Positions 20,661 through 31,452 of a DNA stretch of 64,000 bases are shown one piece after another; the stretch's first letter is position 1; every line of letters begins with the position of its first letter. This stretch comes from Candidatus Omnitrophota bacterium (GTDB lineage Bacteria; Omnitrophota; Gorgyraeia; Gygaellales; JBFMHM01), in the NCBI GenBank assembly GCA_040753015.1, contig JBFMHM010000002.1, positions 36,319-100,318 of the forward strand. Reading direction: 5' to 3'. A program made the translations under genes and the position numbers. The notes beneath the pieces are model-generated. The model had not been told where the DNA came from. It worked only from the letters and a program-made list of their open reading frames with translations, and ran no database searches.

Positions 20661-21490
20661 AACAAAGCCCCGAGTATCAATAAATTATTTTCCATCAATG
20701 AATTCTTATTAGCTGCAGTGTGTTTTTTTGAAATAAAATATATAACGTTTTGAAATCTAAAACGCCGATTATAATATCTATCCGATATATCCTCAACTAT
20801 TCCATCAGTTTTAATTAATCGGCTATGCGGTATCTTTGGTAAAGGATGAACGCCGCTACTATAGCCAATCTTAAAAGCTTTTTTAGAAACAATTCTTATT
20901 GTAATTTTATCCTGATTCTTTAACAAATCTTTAGGCAGTTTTAATAAAAAATTATAGACTGGGAAAACATTGTAGAAAAATTTATCTGACTTATAGATTA
21001 TTAAAGATGATAATTTTCCTATATCATTTCCATTTATGTATATGCTAGAATTTTTAACATCGAAGTCTATCATCAATCGTAAGACAACTTCAATATTATC
21101 ATCGTTCATTAAACGATTAAATCTCCAATTTGATTTCGGAAGAAAAAAATCTTGTTCCATGGCTTCACCTGTATTCACTTGAAATTCCGAAAAAACAGTA
21201 GAATCTTTCCCGATGGGAAATTTTTTTACAGGATGAATGCGAGAACATAAAATAATTGCTGTAATTAAAATCAGAATGGACATTATGATTATCCTGCGAC
21301 AAAACCTAAGAGATGTAATAACCGCTGGATAATAAATAATATAAGTCATGATATATACTAACCAATGAGTCGGAGATATTACATACGCTATCAAAATTAT
21401 TAGTGGAATTATCGCATATATCCAGAATAACGAATTTTTCCTGAATCTATAACACCCCATAATCATATTACCGAATATTGTTGATAACAT
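20657..21490 (-). CDS. Membrane-anchored protein (3 N-terminal TM helices + ~190-aa extracytoplasmic domain), family B copy 1 (paralog of 24336-25139)
   Basis: C-terminal domain aligns with paralog: VVLRL..D.D..NS..YING...G...SL...K..KF...PVYN...KLPK......KITI.I.S.K.....YSSG.HP.P...H.RLIK.DG...DIS..YY.RRFRF.NVIY.ISKK. Confidence 0.5.
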   Translation of the reverse strand: MLSTIFGNMIMGCYRFRKNSLFWIYAIIPLIILIAYVISPTHWLVYIMTYIIYYPAVITSLRFCRRIIIMSILILITAIILCSRIHPVKKFPIGKDSTVFSEFQVNTGEAMEQDFFLPKSNWRFNRLMNDDNIEVVLRLMIDFDVKNSSIYINGNDIGKLSSLIIYKSDKFFYNVFPVYNFLLKLPKDLLKNQDKITIRIVSKKAFKIGYSSGVHPLPKIPHSRLIKTDGIVEDISDRYYNRRFRFQNVIYFISKKHTAANKNSLMENNLLILGALL

Positions 21491-21494
21491 ATGT

Positions 21495-22913
21495 CTAATT
21501 TTTTGAAAAAATATTAAAATTCAGAGCTCCGTAGCGTATAACACCTAAAAACGAATAACCAAATGCTTTTTTTACTGTAGCGGCTAAGCTAAGAAGAAAC
21601 ATTAAATGAAGAATACAAAAGGGTGACCGTATAACTAAAAATTTCCAGAAAAAACTAAGCTTTGGATACCAAACAAAATACACTGCTATCTTTTGTATGC
21701 GTTCCTGCATACGAATATCCTTTTGTTTTAAAACAGAATGGTGATAGTAGCTTTGTAAATTATTATAATCAATTTCCCCCAAAAGCCCTTTCTCCTTCGC
21801 AATGCGTTCTAATTCCGTACCCGGATAAGGCGTAAATATTGTCGAAGAAACAATATCGGCTTTAATGCGCTGATTAAGATGAATAAGCCCCAAGGTCTCG
21901 TCTAATGTTTCAGTTGGTAAACCAAACATATTACCCGTAGCAAGAATAATCTTCCTTTCTTTTATTTTTTTAGCAATATTTATAATTACCTCATCCTTCA
22001 TATCTCTCTTTAGAATCTCTTTCCTAAGGCGATAAGAACCAGCTTCAATTCCAAATGTAATCGTTCGACAATTTGCATCAGCAAGCGCATCTATCTGCTC
22101 AGAAGTAGTAATATCAACACGAAGATAGCAAGTAAACGGCAAATTAATATTATTTTTATAAACTGTCAAAAAATCAAGTAACCACTGATTATTTGTATTT
22201 AATGTTGAATCTGCAAAAATAATATACCTAAGCCTTCGATACCTTTTAATAAGTTCTTTCAATTCGGCAATAATATTTAGCGGGCTCCTAAATCTAACAA
22301 ATTTTCCTAAATCCTTATACATATCTTTTAGCTTATGGCTGTAGCAATAGTTACAGTTGAACGGACAGCCCCGAGAGGCCATAACTGACATTGTCTCAAG
22401 ATTAGTAAAATACCGATACTTATCATAAATACTGCGGTCTGGGGTTGGCAATGAATCTAAATTAGCTATAAGCGGTGATAATGGATTCTTATGTAAAACT
22501 CTATTTTTTAAAATACAGATATTGTTCAAGTCGTAAATCGATTCTACAGTACCATTATATTTTTCGCATAATTCTACAATCGCATTCTCTGACTCTCCCA
22601 TTGATATTGCATCAATTCCCTGTTCAAAAACTACCTCAGGAAAAAAAGTAGGATGTGGGCCACCTAAAAGCGTAAGACAGCGCGGATTATATTTTTTATA
22701 CTCGCGCATTAAAGATAAACCCCAATTTAGATTACCAGTTACACAGTAGAAACCTAAAACATCAGGACTAAACCTTTTTAATCCATCGACAATATTCTTT
22801 TCAAAATTATCCACAAAAATTTCGCTAACGTGTCCATGCGTTTTCAAAGAAGAAGACAAGAACATATAGCCCTGCAATTGCTCGGTAAGATTTTGGATAA
22901 AAGCTACTTTCAT
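21495..22913 (-). CDS. Cobalamin-binding-domain radical SAM enzyme, paralog 4
   Basis: B12-binding-like N-terminus. rSAM motif ASRGCPFNCNYCYS. Lies between the two copies of the duplicated membrane module. Confidence 0.8.
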   Translation of the reverse strand: MKVAFIQNLTEQLQGYMFLSSSLKTHGHVSEIFVDNFEKNIVDGLKRFSPDVLGFYCVTGNLNWGLSLMREYKKYNPRCLTLLGGPHPTFFPEVVFEQGIDAISMGESENAIVELCEKYNGTVESIYDLNNICILKNRVLHKNPLSPLIANLDSLPTPDRSIYDKYRYFTNLETMSVMASRGCPFNCNYCYSHKLKDMYKDLGKFVRFRSPLNIIAELKELIKRYRRLRYIIFADSTLNTNNQWLLDFLTVYKNNINLPFTCYLRVDITTSEQIDALADANCRTITFGIEAGSYRLRKEILKRDMKDEVIINIAKKIKERKIILATGNMFGLPTETLDETLGLIHLNQRIKADIVSSTIFTPYPGTELERIAKEKGLLGEIDYNNLQSYYHHSVLKQKDIRMQERIQKIAVYFVWYPKLSFFWKFLVIRSPFCILHLMFLLSLAATVKKAFGYSFLGVIRYGALNFNIFSKN

Positions 22914-22949
22914 AATTAGATTAATCCTAGAATTAATTGATATAGTATT

Positions 22950-24317
22950 CTATAATTTTTCTTTACTAACTTTTTCATAAAGATAAATATTGTCAAATGT
23001 AAAATAAGAATGATGAAATATTTCTACTGGTATTGGTGAAAGCGCGTTATAAAAAAAATATTTGTTGCCAATTAACCTGATATTGGACATAAAGAGTATA
23101 AGTAAAATAAATATTGCTGCTAATACTCTTTTAATAAAGATTAAAAACGACTTGCTATTATTACGTCTTTCGAGTATCAAAAAATAAATAAATCTAGCAT
23201 TTAAAAAATAGATAGGGAATATTAATTGAAGGTAATATGCGGCTGGCGTATACCATTGATACGGATTAGCTCCGCACATTATAATTTCTGAAGCAATAAA
23301 AACACTAGCAATACATAAAATAATTTTAGACTCTTTTACTTTTAACATAAATAGGCCAAAAATAGCTCCAAACCAAAGAGGCAGCGGAATAAGAAAAATA
23401 AAATGATTTAATATTCTACTCTTAAAAGTATAAAACCATTTACTTAGATTAAAACCATGCCCAAAAATCCAACTCAATACAGAAGCTGATTTGCCTTGGT
23501 CAATAAAAGAATTTATGCTAAAGTAAACTAATAAACAACCAATAACCAAAAATAAGTTTCGTATCAAAAATTTTTTAAAATTCATTACCATGAGGCCATA
23601 AAAAATTAAAAATGGGATAAAATAAACAGTAGCGCCACCAGCAAAAATACCTAACCCGCTAAAAATCCCTAGTAAAAAAGAATTTATTAATCCTTGTTTT
23701 GAAATATCATCTGAAAAATGTTCTAAAAACAACGCTAATGCAATCAAAATAACATAAAAACTTAACTGAAAAATTTCAGCCTTAACACCAGAACTAAAGA
23801 TTATCATTGTATAACTTGTTGCGCATAAAAATGCTGCTATAAAACCAATTATCATAGAATTAAATATGCGCTTCCCAAGCCACCATATCGAAAATGCAAC
23901 AAGCATCCAACATAATAAATTTATAATAAAATAGGCATTATTTAAACTAAGGAAATATAACAAAAAAGATGCTAGAAAAGATGGAAATACGCGGTATTTG
24001 TCTGGGGTATATTGAGCAGATAGTTTAGATAAATTAGATTTTTTCTTAAAAATTGTAGCCATCTTATAAGTATTTATAGCTAAAGCGTAACCCTCCGCAT
24101 GAAGTTTATGATTACCAACATCGTCATCGAACATATAACCATGGGGATAATACGACAAGCTTTGAGTTAACGAAGAATCTCGGATACAAGCCGTAAAAAG
24201 ATAATCAAAATTTCTATGTAAAAAACCTTCAAAAAAACAAATAATAAATATCAATACTAGAAATAAAGTAGTATAAAAATGTTTTCTATTTTTAGGCAAA
24301 ACAATAAATTCGCGCAT
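22950..24317 (-). CDS. Polytopic integral membrane protein, family A copy 2
   Basis: 455 aa, paralog of 19326-20660 (see above). Confidence 0.5.
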   Translation of the reverse strand: MREFIVLPKNRKHFYTTLFLVLIFIICFFEGFLHRNFDYLFTACIRDSSLTQSLSYYPHGYMFDDDVGNHKLHAEGYALAINTYKMATIFKKKSNLSKLSAQYTPDKYRVFPSFLASFLLYFLSLNNAYFIINLLCWMLVAFSIWWLGKRIFNSMIIGFIAAFLCATSYTMIIFSSGVKAEIFQLSFYVILIALALFLEHFSDDISKQGLINSFLLGIFSGLGIFAGGATVYFIPFLIFYGLMVMNFKKFLIRNLFLVIGCLLVYFSINSFIDQGKSASVLSWIFGHGFNLSKWFYTFKSRILNHFIFLIPLPLWFGAIFGLFMLKVKESKIILCIASVFIASEIIMCGANPYQWYTPAAYYLQLIFPIYFLNARFIYFLILERRNNSKSFLIFIKRVLAAIFILLILFMSNIRLIGNKYFFYNALSPIPVEIFHHSYFTFDNIYLYEKVSKEKL

Positions 24318-24335
24318 ATTTTCTTATAAACTATA

Positions 24336-25139
24336 TTAAAAAATAGTTCCCATAATCAGCGGATCTTTATCTTTTGTAAAATATTTAGTCGAAATTAAAT
24401 AAATAACATTATCGAACCTGAAACGCCTGTGGTAATAATTATTAGATATGTCCTGCATTGAGCCATCTGCTTTTATCAAACGACAATGGCTAAAAACTGG
24501 AAAAGGATGTATTCCGCTGCTATAAGCTAAACTATAATCCTTTGTTGAAGTAATTTTAATCGTAATTTTATTAACCCCAAAAAATACCTCTTTGGGTAGC
24601 TTAACTATATAATTATAAACGGGATAACTATAAAATTTTCCAGTCTTATTGACAAGCAAAGATGCTACAGTGCCAAGCCTTTTCCCATTGATATAAAGAT
24701 GTGAATTTTCTATATCAATATCAGCAACCAATCTTAAAACAACATCGCTATCTTTATTATTAAGCCAATGATTAAAACACCAGTTATTTTTTGGAATTAA
24801 AAAATCTTGTTCGATAGACTCCCCTTTTTCTACTTGAAAAATTGAAATTAAAGTTAAATCTTTTTTATCCGGCATTTTACTAGAAGACTTTAATCGTGAA
24901 ATAAAAATAAAACAGATTATAATCGATAAAATAATTGCGATCGTTCTTCGTTGAAATACTTTTTGTAAGAGACCCAACAATGCATAGTAAAAACAAAGCG
25001 TAAACATATACATAATAGGAACTACTGAAGTAAATATAAACATTACAATAATCAACGCCGGCATAAACAACCAAAGGATAAGGCCGTACCTCCTATTTTT
25101 AAGAAAAACTAGCAATGAACTCATGATATTTTTAAGCAT
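24336..25139 (-). CDS. Membrane-anchored protein, family B copy 2
   Basis: 267 aa, paralog of 20657-21490 (see above). Confidence 0.5.
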   Translation of the reverse strand: MLKNIMSSLLVFLKNRRYGLILWLFMPALIIVMFIFTSVVPIMYMFTLCFYYALLGLLQKVFQRRTIAIILSIIICFIFISRLKSSSKMPDKKDLTLISIFQVEKGESIEQDFLIPKNNWCFNHWLNNKDSDVVLRLVADIDIENSHLYINGKRLGTVASLLVNKTGKFYSYPVYNYIVKLPKEVFFGVNKITIKITSTKDYSLAYSSGIHPFPVFSHCRLIKADGSMQDISNNYYHRRFRFDNVIYLISTKYFTKDKDPLIMGTIF

Positions 25140-25177
25140 ATTTATTTATATGGTATAATTTTGCAAAAAAATTAATA

Positions 25178-26434
25178 TTATTTACTGCTAATGTAATCGG
25201 AAATAACATTTGTTAACCTTTCAGCAATTATTCCATAACCAACTTTATGGGTATGCACATTATCACCTATTAAAGTACTGTTATCGCCTTCAAAAACTCT
25301 ACTCAAGTCACAAAATATCACATTTTTTTCTTTTCTAGATAATTTCTCCAAACCTTCGATCATTCTAATATAACCTTGAACGCAGAAATTTACCTCTGGT
25401 TCATAATATTTATACAGATTTATTTTTTCTTGTTCGGATAAAGGATTTTTAAGAAACAAGGTTGGTTGCAAAGCAACTATTAAAGTTGAATCAATACTAT
25501 CGAGCGAACGTGCCATACAAGTTATATTTTTTAAATAATTTTCCACTGCTTGTCTATTGTATGGGTCAAAATCTGTTCTAGCCTTAATTACATTTAAATC
25601 AACAGGCAAAGATTGCAACTCACTGGCAAGTTTACCCGGTTCAGGTTTAAACGCGGTTTTTGGATATTTAGGCCTTTTCGACTGATCGCTTGTCTGACTT
25701 GGTTTACGATACTTACGCGTAGTTAAAAAACTCTTTAAATAAGCTATAAATTTTAAATCACGAAATAATTGTTGTGGCCCAGCACTAATCCAATCCTTAT
25801 ATCTATTGAATGCATTGACGATATGCCCATTACTATAGGATAAATTAATAGGCATATGGTAAGCATGCTGTATATCGTTAAAGCCGTCTAATGCAATTAC
25901 TAAATCAGGGTCAATATTAATCCCGAATAACTGAATCGCGATTAACTCTTGAAACGATATCCAAGCAGCTCCAGCTAAATTAAATATTTTAAAATTAACT
26001 TCTGGATGTCTTAATTTTAATCTTTCATAAAGTTGTTTATCTAAGGTACAACTCTCGCCTACAGCCCAACTTGTTGCAACCGAACCACCAGTAATTATAA
26101 TTCGGAATTCATTCTTTTTTTTAGGTGGTAAATTTTTAAATTCTGGAGAACGGAATCCATAACTGTTAAAACGCGCCTTAGCCCCTCCTAAGTCAACACA
26201 TTCGTCTTTTGAAAAATAAGACTCTAATACATTTTTAGTCTTTCCTAAAATTAAATCCGGAGGAAAGCTCGAAACAACATATTGTTGATATGTAAACAAT
26301 TCTGTATCTATTAAATAACCCGTTGGTACCTTATTTATAAACAACCTAAATGCTATTTCCGTAAAAAATAGCATACCTATACAAAAAATCAGAACAACAC
26401 ATATAATGCTAATTACTTTTAATATCTGGCGCAT
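25178..26434 (-). CDS. Membrane-anchored SGNH/GDSL-like hydrolase/acyltransferase-fold protein (putative sugar O-acyl esterase/transferase)
   Basis: N-terminal TM helix. Candidate SGNH blocks: IIITGGSVATSW (block I), ALDGFNDIQHA (block III-like), C-terminal GDNVHTHKVGYGIIAERL (DxxH block V). Confidence 0.4.
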   Translation of the reverse strand: MRQILKVISIICVVLIFCIGMLFFTEIAFRLFINKVPTGYLIDTELFTYQQYVVSSFPPDLILGKTKNVLESYFSKDECVDLGGAKARFNSYGFRSPEFKNLPPKKKNEFRIIITGGSVATSWAVGESCTLDKQLYERLKLRHPEVNFKIFNLAGAAWISFQELIAIQLFGINIDPDLVIALDGFNDIQHAYHMPINLSYSNGHIVNAFNRYKDWISAGPQQLFRDLKFIAYLKSFLTTRKYRKPSQTSDQSKRPKYPKTAFKPEPGKLASELQSLPVDLNVIKARTDFDPYNRQAVENYLKNITCMARSLDSIDSTLIVALQPTLFLKNPLSEQEKINLYKYYEPEVNFCVQGYIRMIEGLEKLSRKEKNVIFCDLSRVFEGDNSTLIGDNVHTHKVGYGIIAERLTNVISDYISSK

Positions 26435-27444
26435 TAAACTCTCCTTGCTTTTGTGCTTTTTTTTGCGATTATATAGTGATTTCTTGCATCAACGGTTCTT
26501 ATTATCTCACAAAAATCTTCTAACATAAACCATTGTTTAATTTCTTCGAAACTATATAGATCGTTTATAGATGGCGATATAGCATCAAAATATCCATCAA
26601 TATTCTCTTCCCCGCATATTCTGAATTTACGTTTTTTCATTACCTCACGAACACAATTAAGCCTTTCATCTAAACTCATATTATATGTTTTTTTTCTCCA
26701 GTACATATACTCATTTAGCGTCAAATAATCTTCTATGACGCCTGGCCTGGGCTCTCCATAGATCATAACAAATAAATATCCATTTGGACGCACCAAAGAA
26801 GCTATTTTTTTAAATGTTCCATAAGCATCACCTGTGTGGTGCAATACACCAAAACACCACACTAAATCAAATTTTTCATCTATTTGAAATGGCTTTAAAA
26901 GATCAACTTGTATTGCTCTATGATTTTTAAATTCAGCACATGCTTTTTTTGTCTTCTCAATACCATACCCAGACTGATCAATGGATAATACATTTGCCCC
27001 TAATTTAGACAAAGCCCAAGAATAACGTCCAGAACCACACCCAACATCTAGTATATTTTTCCCTTTAAACCATCCACAAGACAGAGATGTAAAACGACAA
27101 ACATTATTGGTAGCTTGTTTCAAAAAGTTATTATTTTTTAAATTATACCCATTATTCTCTATATTTTTCCATTGAAAATCAAAACTATCATTTGTCCGCT
27201 TAATAAAAGGCAAATCATTAATTCTTGGTGTAGCAATATATCTTACCAAAGAAGAAATACGGCTTACCTCAGATTCTAGATAATTAACAATTGCTTCTAA
27301 TTCTTTAACACTCCTCGTCTTATTGAGTTTTTTTTTGCGATAAATATCTTTTATTTTAAAAAGATATTTATAAAATAAGTATCTAGTTTTTTTCGCTAAT
27401 CGCACAAATATCTCCGCTAAGGTTAATAGACCTGTACAAACCAA
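26434..27444 (-). CDS. Class I SAM-dependent methyltransferase (paralog of 30496-31443)
   Basis: ILDVGCGSGRYSWAL motif. C-terminal half colinear with 30496-31443 (LVWCFGVLHHTG....F......V.P.GYLF.M.YGEPRP..IED...GYFDAISP.INDLY). The annotated start overlaps the upstream GT by ~60 nt, so the true start is uncertain. Confidence 0.7.
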   Translation of the reverse strand: MVCTGLLTLAEIFVRLAKKTRYLFYKYLFKIKDIYRKKKLNKTRSVKELEAIVNYLESEVSRISSLVRYIATPRINDLPFIKRTNDSFDFQWKNIENNGYNLKNNNFLKQATNNVCRFTSLSCGWFKGKNILDVGCGSGRYSWALSKLGANVLSIDQSGYGIEKTKKACAEFKNHRAIQVDLLKPFQIDEKFDLVWCFGVLHHTGDAYGTFKKIASLVRPNGYLFVMIYGEPRPGVIEDYLTLNEYMYWRKKTYNMSLDERLNCVREVMKKRKFRICGEENIDGYFDAISPSINDLYSFEEIKQWFMLEDFCEIIRTVDARNHYIIAKKSTKARRV

Positions 27445-28591
27445 CTAAAGATCGCGCCAACTTATCATTATTATGCAGACTAAGAATTGAGCTTCGCGCA
27501 ATCATCTTCTTTTTTTTAAGTTCGGCAGGATTAGATAAAAAATATTTAAGAGTTGTTTTTAAGTCATCTAAATTTGTAAGAATAAATCCGGAGTCCTTCA
27601 AATCATCGGTCACAAACTCATCTCTAACATAAGTTATGGCAGGCACACCAAAAAACATACTTTCAACTTGGGCATTAGCATAGTATCCCATTTTCATTTT
27701 GCCAATAGATAAATCTGCATTTTGATATTCTTTTAAAACCTCAAGATGCGGAATTTTGTTAAGAAAAAGAAATTCAATATTATAGCCATCTTGCTTTAAA
27801 CTATCTATGATGTTTCTAATCTCTTTGGTGTCTTCAATGCCGGGGTGATTTGTTGCGTGCACTATTTTGATGCTATCTTTTATTTCTTTACCATTACCAC
27901 TTGAAAAAAAGCTCGAAATATCGATTTCTGGAGTAAAAAAAGATAAACATACAGAATTATTTGGTACAAAATCTTTTAAATCTGGAGTTGTGAATAAAAA
28001 TAAATCTGCATAATTTGTAACTAAATTCCTTCGTTGTTTGACATAATCCGATTCGCAATTATATTTACCAGTATAATTAATAAAATAATCACAATTTTGA
28101 CAAATATTAACCTCGGGACTAATTTTCATATTATTTGTCCTATCCCTAATATCACATCCCCGGAAATGCACAACAACTTTCCGCTTCATTTTTTTAGCCA
28201 ATGATAACTCCCAACCTGAATACGAAATACTAAGCATAAAATGTAAATGCAAAACCTCGTAACGCGCTGCCACCTTCCAAAACCAATACATTTCTTGCAT
28301 GGGGCGTAAAAATGGTAGTTTTGAATAAGTAACTTTAAAATCAGACTTATCCCAATAACGACTAGTCCCAATAGCCAAATAATCGGCCTTTATCCCCTGG
28401 CGGCGTAAAGCAGAAACCATATAGTACGGAACATGAATCATATACGATATATGCAATACAGATTGTGAATAAGTATTATTTTTTAATAATACCAACAAAA
28501 TATAATTAATAGGATAAAATATACCGAGTGTTAATTTATAAATAAACAACCAACTTGGAAAAATATTTTTTTTAAATCTTGAATCTATCAT
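27383..28591 (-). CDS. Glycosyltransferase, GT-B fold (GT4/GT1-like C-terminal domain)
   Basis: C-terminal EVLKEYQNADLSIGKMKMGYYANAQVESMFFGVPAI resembles the GT4 donor-binding E-x7-E region. Confidence 0.45.
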   Translation of the reverse strand: MIDSRFKKNIFPSWLFIYKLTLGIFYPINYILLVLLKNNTYSQSVLHISYMIHVPYYMVSALRRQGIKADYLAIGTSRYWDKSDFKVTYSKLPFLRPMQEMYWFWKVAARYEVLHLHFMLSISYSGWELSLAKKMKRKVVVHFRGCDIRDRTNNMKISPEVNICQNCDYFINYTGKYNCESDYVKQRRNLVTNYADLFLFTTPDLKDFVPNNSVCLSFFTPEIDISSFFSSGNGKEIKDSIKIVHATNHPGIEDTKEIRNIIDSLKQDGYNIEFLFLNKIPHLEVLKEYQNADLSIGKMKMGYYANAQVESMFFGVPAITYVRDEFVTDDLKDSGFILTNLDDLKTTLKYFLSNPAELKKKKMIARSSILSLHNNDKLARSLVGLYRSINLSGDICAISEKN

Positions 28592-30480
28592 AATGAATCA
28601 GGATGGCTACGCAACCATTCTTCAAGAAAAAGTAAATTCCATAATTTTGCTGAACTATCATGAGCTTCTGAATGCCTATCCACTATTGAGGCGATTTCTT
28701 TCATATTGAATAAAAACGGCAGGTATTCGGAATCTAACAGTTTCTTTCGAATATTATTTTTTAATTTATTGGCAAACCAAATACCAAGCGGTATTCCAAA
28801 GCCCATTTTAGGCCGCTCAATAAAATCTTTAGGGTAATAACACCCTGCAATCTTTTTTAAAATAAATTTCTTATGATATTCGATGCCATTATTTATTTTT
28901 TCTTCTTTTAGTTTAAATTCGACCGGCATATTAGCTGCTGTTTCCACCATCTCATGATCTAATAACGGAGCCCTTACCTCAATAGAATTTGCCATAGATG
29001 CAATATCGACTTTCGTCAAAATATCAAACGGTAAATAGGTCATCAAATCAAGATATTGAAGCCTGCTTATCATTGGCTGATGACCTATATTCATCAAGTT
29101 TCTGCGATTTTTAGCAATATCACAAACAACGTCTCTGTATTCTTTCTTAAAAAGATTTCTTCGTTCGCCTGGAGAAAAATGTTTTGCGGTATGACAATGT
29201 AATTCATAAGCATGATTAGTAATATTTCCGGGTACGATTAGACGCTTAAATCGAAAATAATAATAATACCCTAAACTACGCAATTTTTGCTTAAATGTAA
29301 AATTCGACTGATTATTAGAAAAATCACCCTGCAAAGTTCGCATAACATATTCGTAACTGTTATACCCGGCAAAATTTTCATCACCGCCATCTCCACTAAA
29401 AACCATCTTCACATGTTTAGCAGCCATACGAGAGACATAATAAGTAGGAATACTAGATGAATCTGCAAACGGTTGACCATAGTGCCTTACTAAAAGAGGC
29501 AAGAGTCCAAATGAATCCACTTCTACAATTTCGGTATGATGTTCTGTGCGATTTATTTGAGAAGCTGTTTTTGCATAATTTAATTCTGAAAAATCACTTT
29601 CATTAAAGCCGATGCTAAATGTTTTTACTGGTTGTTCAAGTATATCCGCCATATATCCAGTGATTAAACTAGAATCAATCCCACCGCTTAAGAATGCGCC
29701 AAAAGGAACATCACTAACCAACCGTAGTTTTACTGATTCTCTTAACTTACAATCAAGCTTGTGCTCCCAATCTTCAATTGACAGAGAACAATCTTCTGTA
29801 AAATGAAGCTTCCAATATCTTTTCTTAATCATATTTCCTGTTAATAAATCAATTTCTAATAAATGTGCCGGCTCAAGAGAATATACCTCTTTATAGATTG
29901 TCCGTGGAGCATGAATATACTGCCAAGACAGATAATCATCTAAAGCATCAAAATCAACCTTAAAATCCCCGATAGTTTTATAAAGAGGCTCTAATTCGCT
30001 TGAAAAAAATAACGAGTCGTTTCTGATTGTATAAAACAGAGGTTTTTTACCTAATCTATCCCTAGCGATAATAACTTTTTGTTTTTTAAAATCTACTGCG
30101 ACAAAAGCAAACATCCCACGGAAATGCTTTAAACAATTATTGCCCCACTCTAAGTATGCATTAAGCACAACCTCTGTATCTGAACTAGTATTAAAAACAT
30201 ACCCAGTTTTTTTTAATTCTTCTTTTATAACTTGAAAATTATATATTTCACCATTGTAAGAAATTAAGCCAACCTTAGCATAATCCTGCATTGGTTGATG
30301 GCCACTTTCGAGATCAATAATGGATAGCCTAGTATGCCCAAAGCACACAGGACCGATGCTCTCTATACCGAAATCATCTGGACCGCGATGTTTAAGTAGC
30401 CCTATCCCATTTTTTACGATACCAACTGCTTTATTAGCCAGTTCTCGATTAAGACTTATTGCTCCGAAAATTCCACACAT
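28588..30480 (-). CDS. Asparagine synthetase B-like amidotransferase, paralog 3
   Basis: MCGIFGAIS N-terminus, AFLSGGIDSS PP-loop. Confidence 0.85.
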   Translation of the reverse strand: MCGIFGAISLNRELANKAVGIVKNGIGLLKHRGPDDFGIESIGPVCFGHTRLSIIDLESGHQPMQDYAKVGLISYNGEIYNFQVIKEELKKTGYVFNTSSDTEVVLNAYLEWGNNCLKHFRGMFAFVAVDFKKQKVIIARDRLGKKPLFYTIRNDSLFFSSELEPLYKTIGDFKVDFDALDDYLSWQYIHAPRTIYKEVYSLEPAHLLEIDLLTGNMIKKRYWKLHFTEDCSLSIEDWEHKLDCKLRESVKLRLVSDVPFGAFLSGGIDSSLITGYMADILEQPVKTFSIGFNESDFSELNYAKTASQINRTEHHTEIVEVDSFGLLPLLVRHYGQPFADSSSIPTYYVSRMAAKHVKMVFSGDGGDENFAGYNSYEYVMRTLQGDFSNNQSNFTFKQKLRSLGYYYYFRFKRLIVPGNITNHAYELHCHTAKHFSPGERRNLFKKEYRDVVCDIAKNRRNLMNIGHQPMISRLQYLDLMTYLPFDILTKVDIASMANSIEVRAPLLDHEMVETAANMPVEFKLKEEKINNGIEYHKKFILKKIAGCYYPKDFIERPKMGFGIPLGIWFANKLKNNIRKKLLDSEYLPFLFNMKEIASIVDRHSEAHDSSAKLWNLLFLEEWLRSHPDSL

Positions 30481-30495
30481 TATTAGTTAAACTCC

Positions 30496-31443
30496 TTATA
30501 TTTTCTTACGAGCAATTACATGGTGATTAGGGTGATCGGGTAATGTTCGTTTAATATCTTCAAACCCTGCATTTATAAGCCAAGAAACTATCTCATCCCA
30601 CCTATAGAGATCGTTTATTTCTGGAGAAATAGCATCAAAATAACCATGAATATTATCTTTACCATATTTTTCTTCAATCCGCTCTATTTTCTCAGAAAAC
30701 GGCAAGTTTTTTATTCTACACCGCATATCGTGCATCTCGTGATAGTATAAAAAATCTTCTATGTTTGTCGGCCTAGGTTCCCCATAAAGCATTAAAAATA
30801 GATACCCGCCTGGTTTTACGCATTTAACAAGATTCTGAAATCCTTTATATGTATTTCCAGTATGATGCAATACACCAAAACACCAAACAAGATCAAAATC
30901 ATCCGAAAAACTAAGTTCTTCTAAAATATTTTTTTTAATAACTGTAAAATTGCCACCAAATTCTCTAACTACTTCTTTTGTTCTTGCAACACCGTTATCT
31001 GAAATATCAAAAGAAACACAACTTGCAACATTCAATTTCCCAAAACCATATGTCCAACGCCCCTGACCGCATCCGGCATCCATCACTCGCTTACCATTAA
31101 ACCATTCGGTAGGTAGATGTGTATTTATACAAACAGTTTCGGTAACTTTTTCCTTCCAGTTTTCACTACTAAGCATTGCCGCGCCTTCTGGTAAATGTTT
31201 CCATTGAAAATCAAAGCTATCTTTTGTCTGTTGGGGTAATATAAATTTATCCATGTCATCTGCTATCAAATACCGAATTAAACTCTTTAATGCATAAGAT
31301 TCATCTAACAAGAAGGAAATTTTTGCTTCTAAAAATCTTATCCGCTCCTCTTGAGAATATTGCTCTGCCGTAAAAGTAGAAATTTCATATTGGGTATTAA
31401 CCTTTTTAGGAAATAACTTTTTAATCGTATTTAACATAAACAC
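30496..31443 (-). CDS. Class I SAM-dependent methyltransferase (paralog of 26434-27444)
   Basis: VMDAGCGQGRWTYGF motif. Paralogous C-terminal half. Confidence 0.7.
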   Translation of the reverse strand: MFMLNTIKKLFPKKVNTQYEISTFTAEQYSQEERIRFLEAKISFLLDESYALKSLIRYLIADDMDKFILPQQTKDSFDFQWKHLPEGAAMLSSENWKEKVTETVCINTHLPTEWFNGKRVMDAGCGQGRWTYGFGKLNVASCVSFDISDNGVARTKEVVREFGGNFTVIKKNILEELSFSDDFDLVWCFGVLHHTGNTYKGFQNLVKCVKPGGYLFLMLYGEPRPTNIEDFLYYHEMHDMRCRIKNLPFSEKIERIEEKYGKDNIHGYFDAISPEINDLYRWDEIVSWLINAGFEDIKRTLPDHPNHHVIARKKI

Positions 31444-31452
31444 CCCCTATTT

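Noticed and set aside
7185-22913. Cobalamin riboswitches upstream of the B12-dependent radical SAM genes
   Set aside because: All four genes overlap or abut the upstream gene by at most 5 nt, so there is no room for a ~200-nt riboswitch aptamer.
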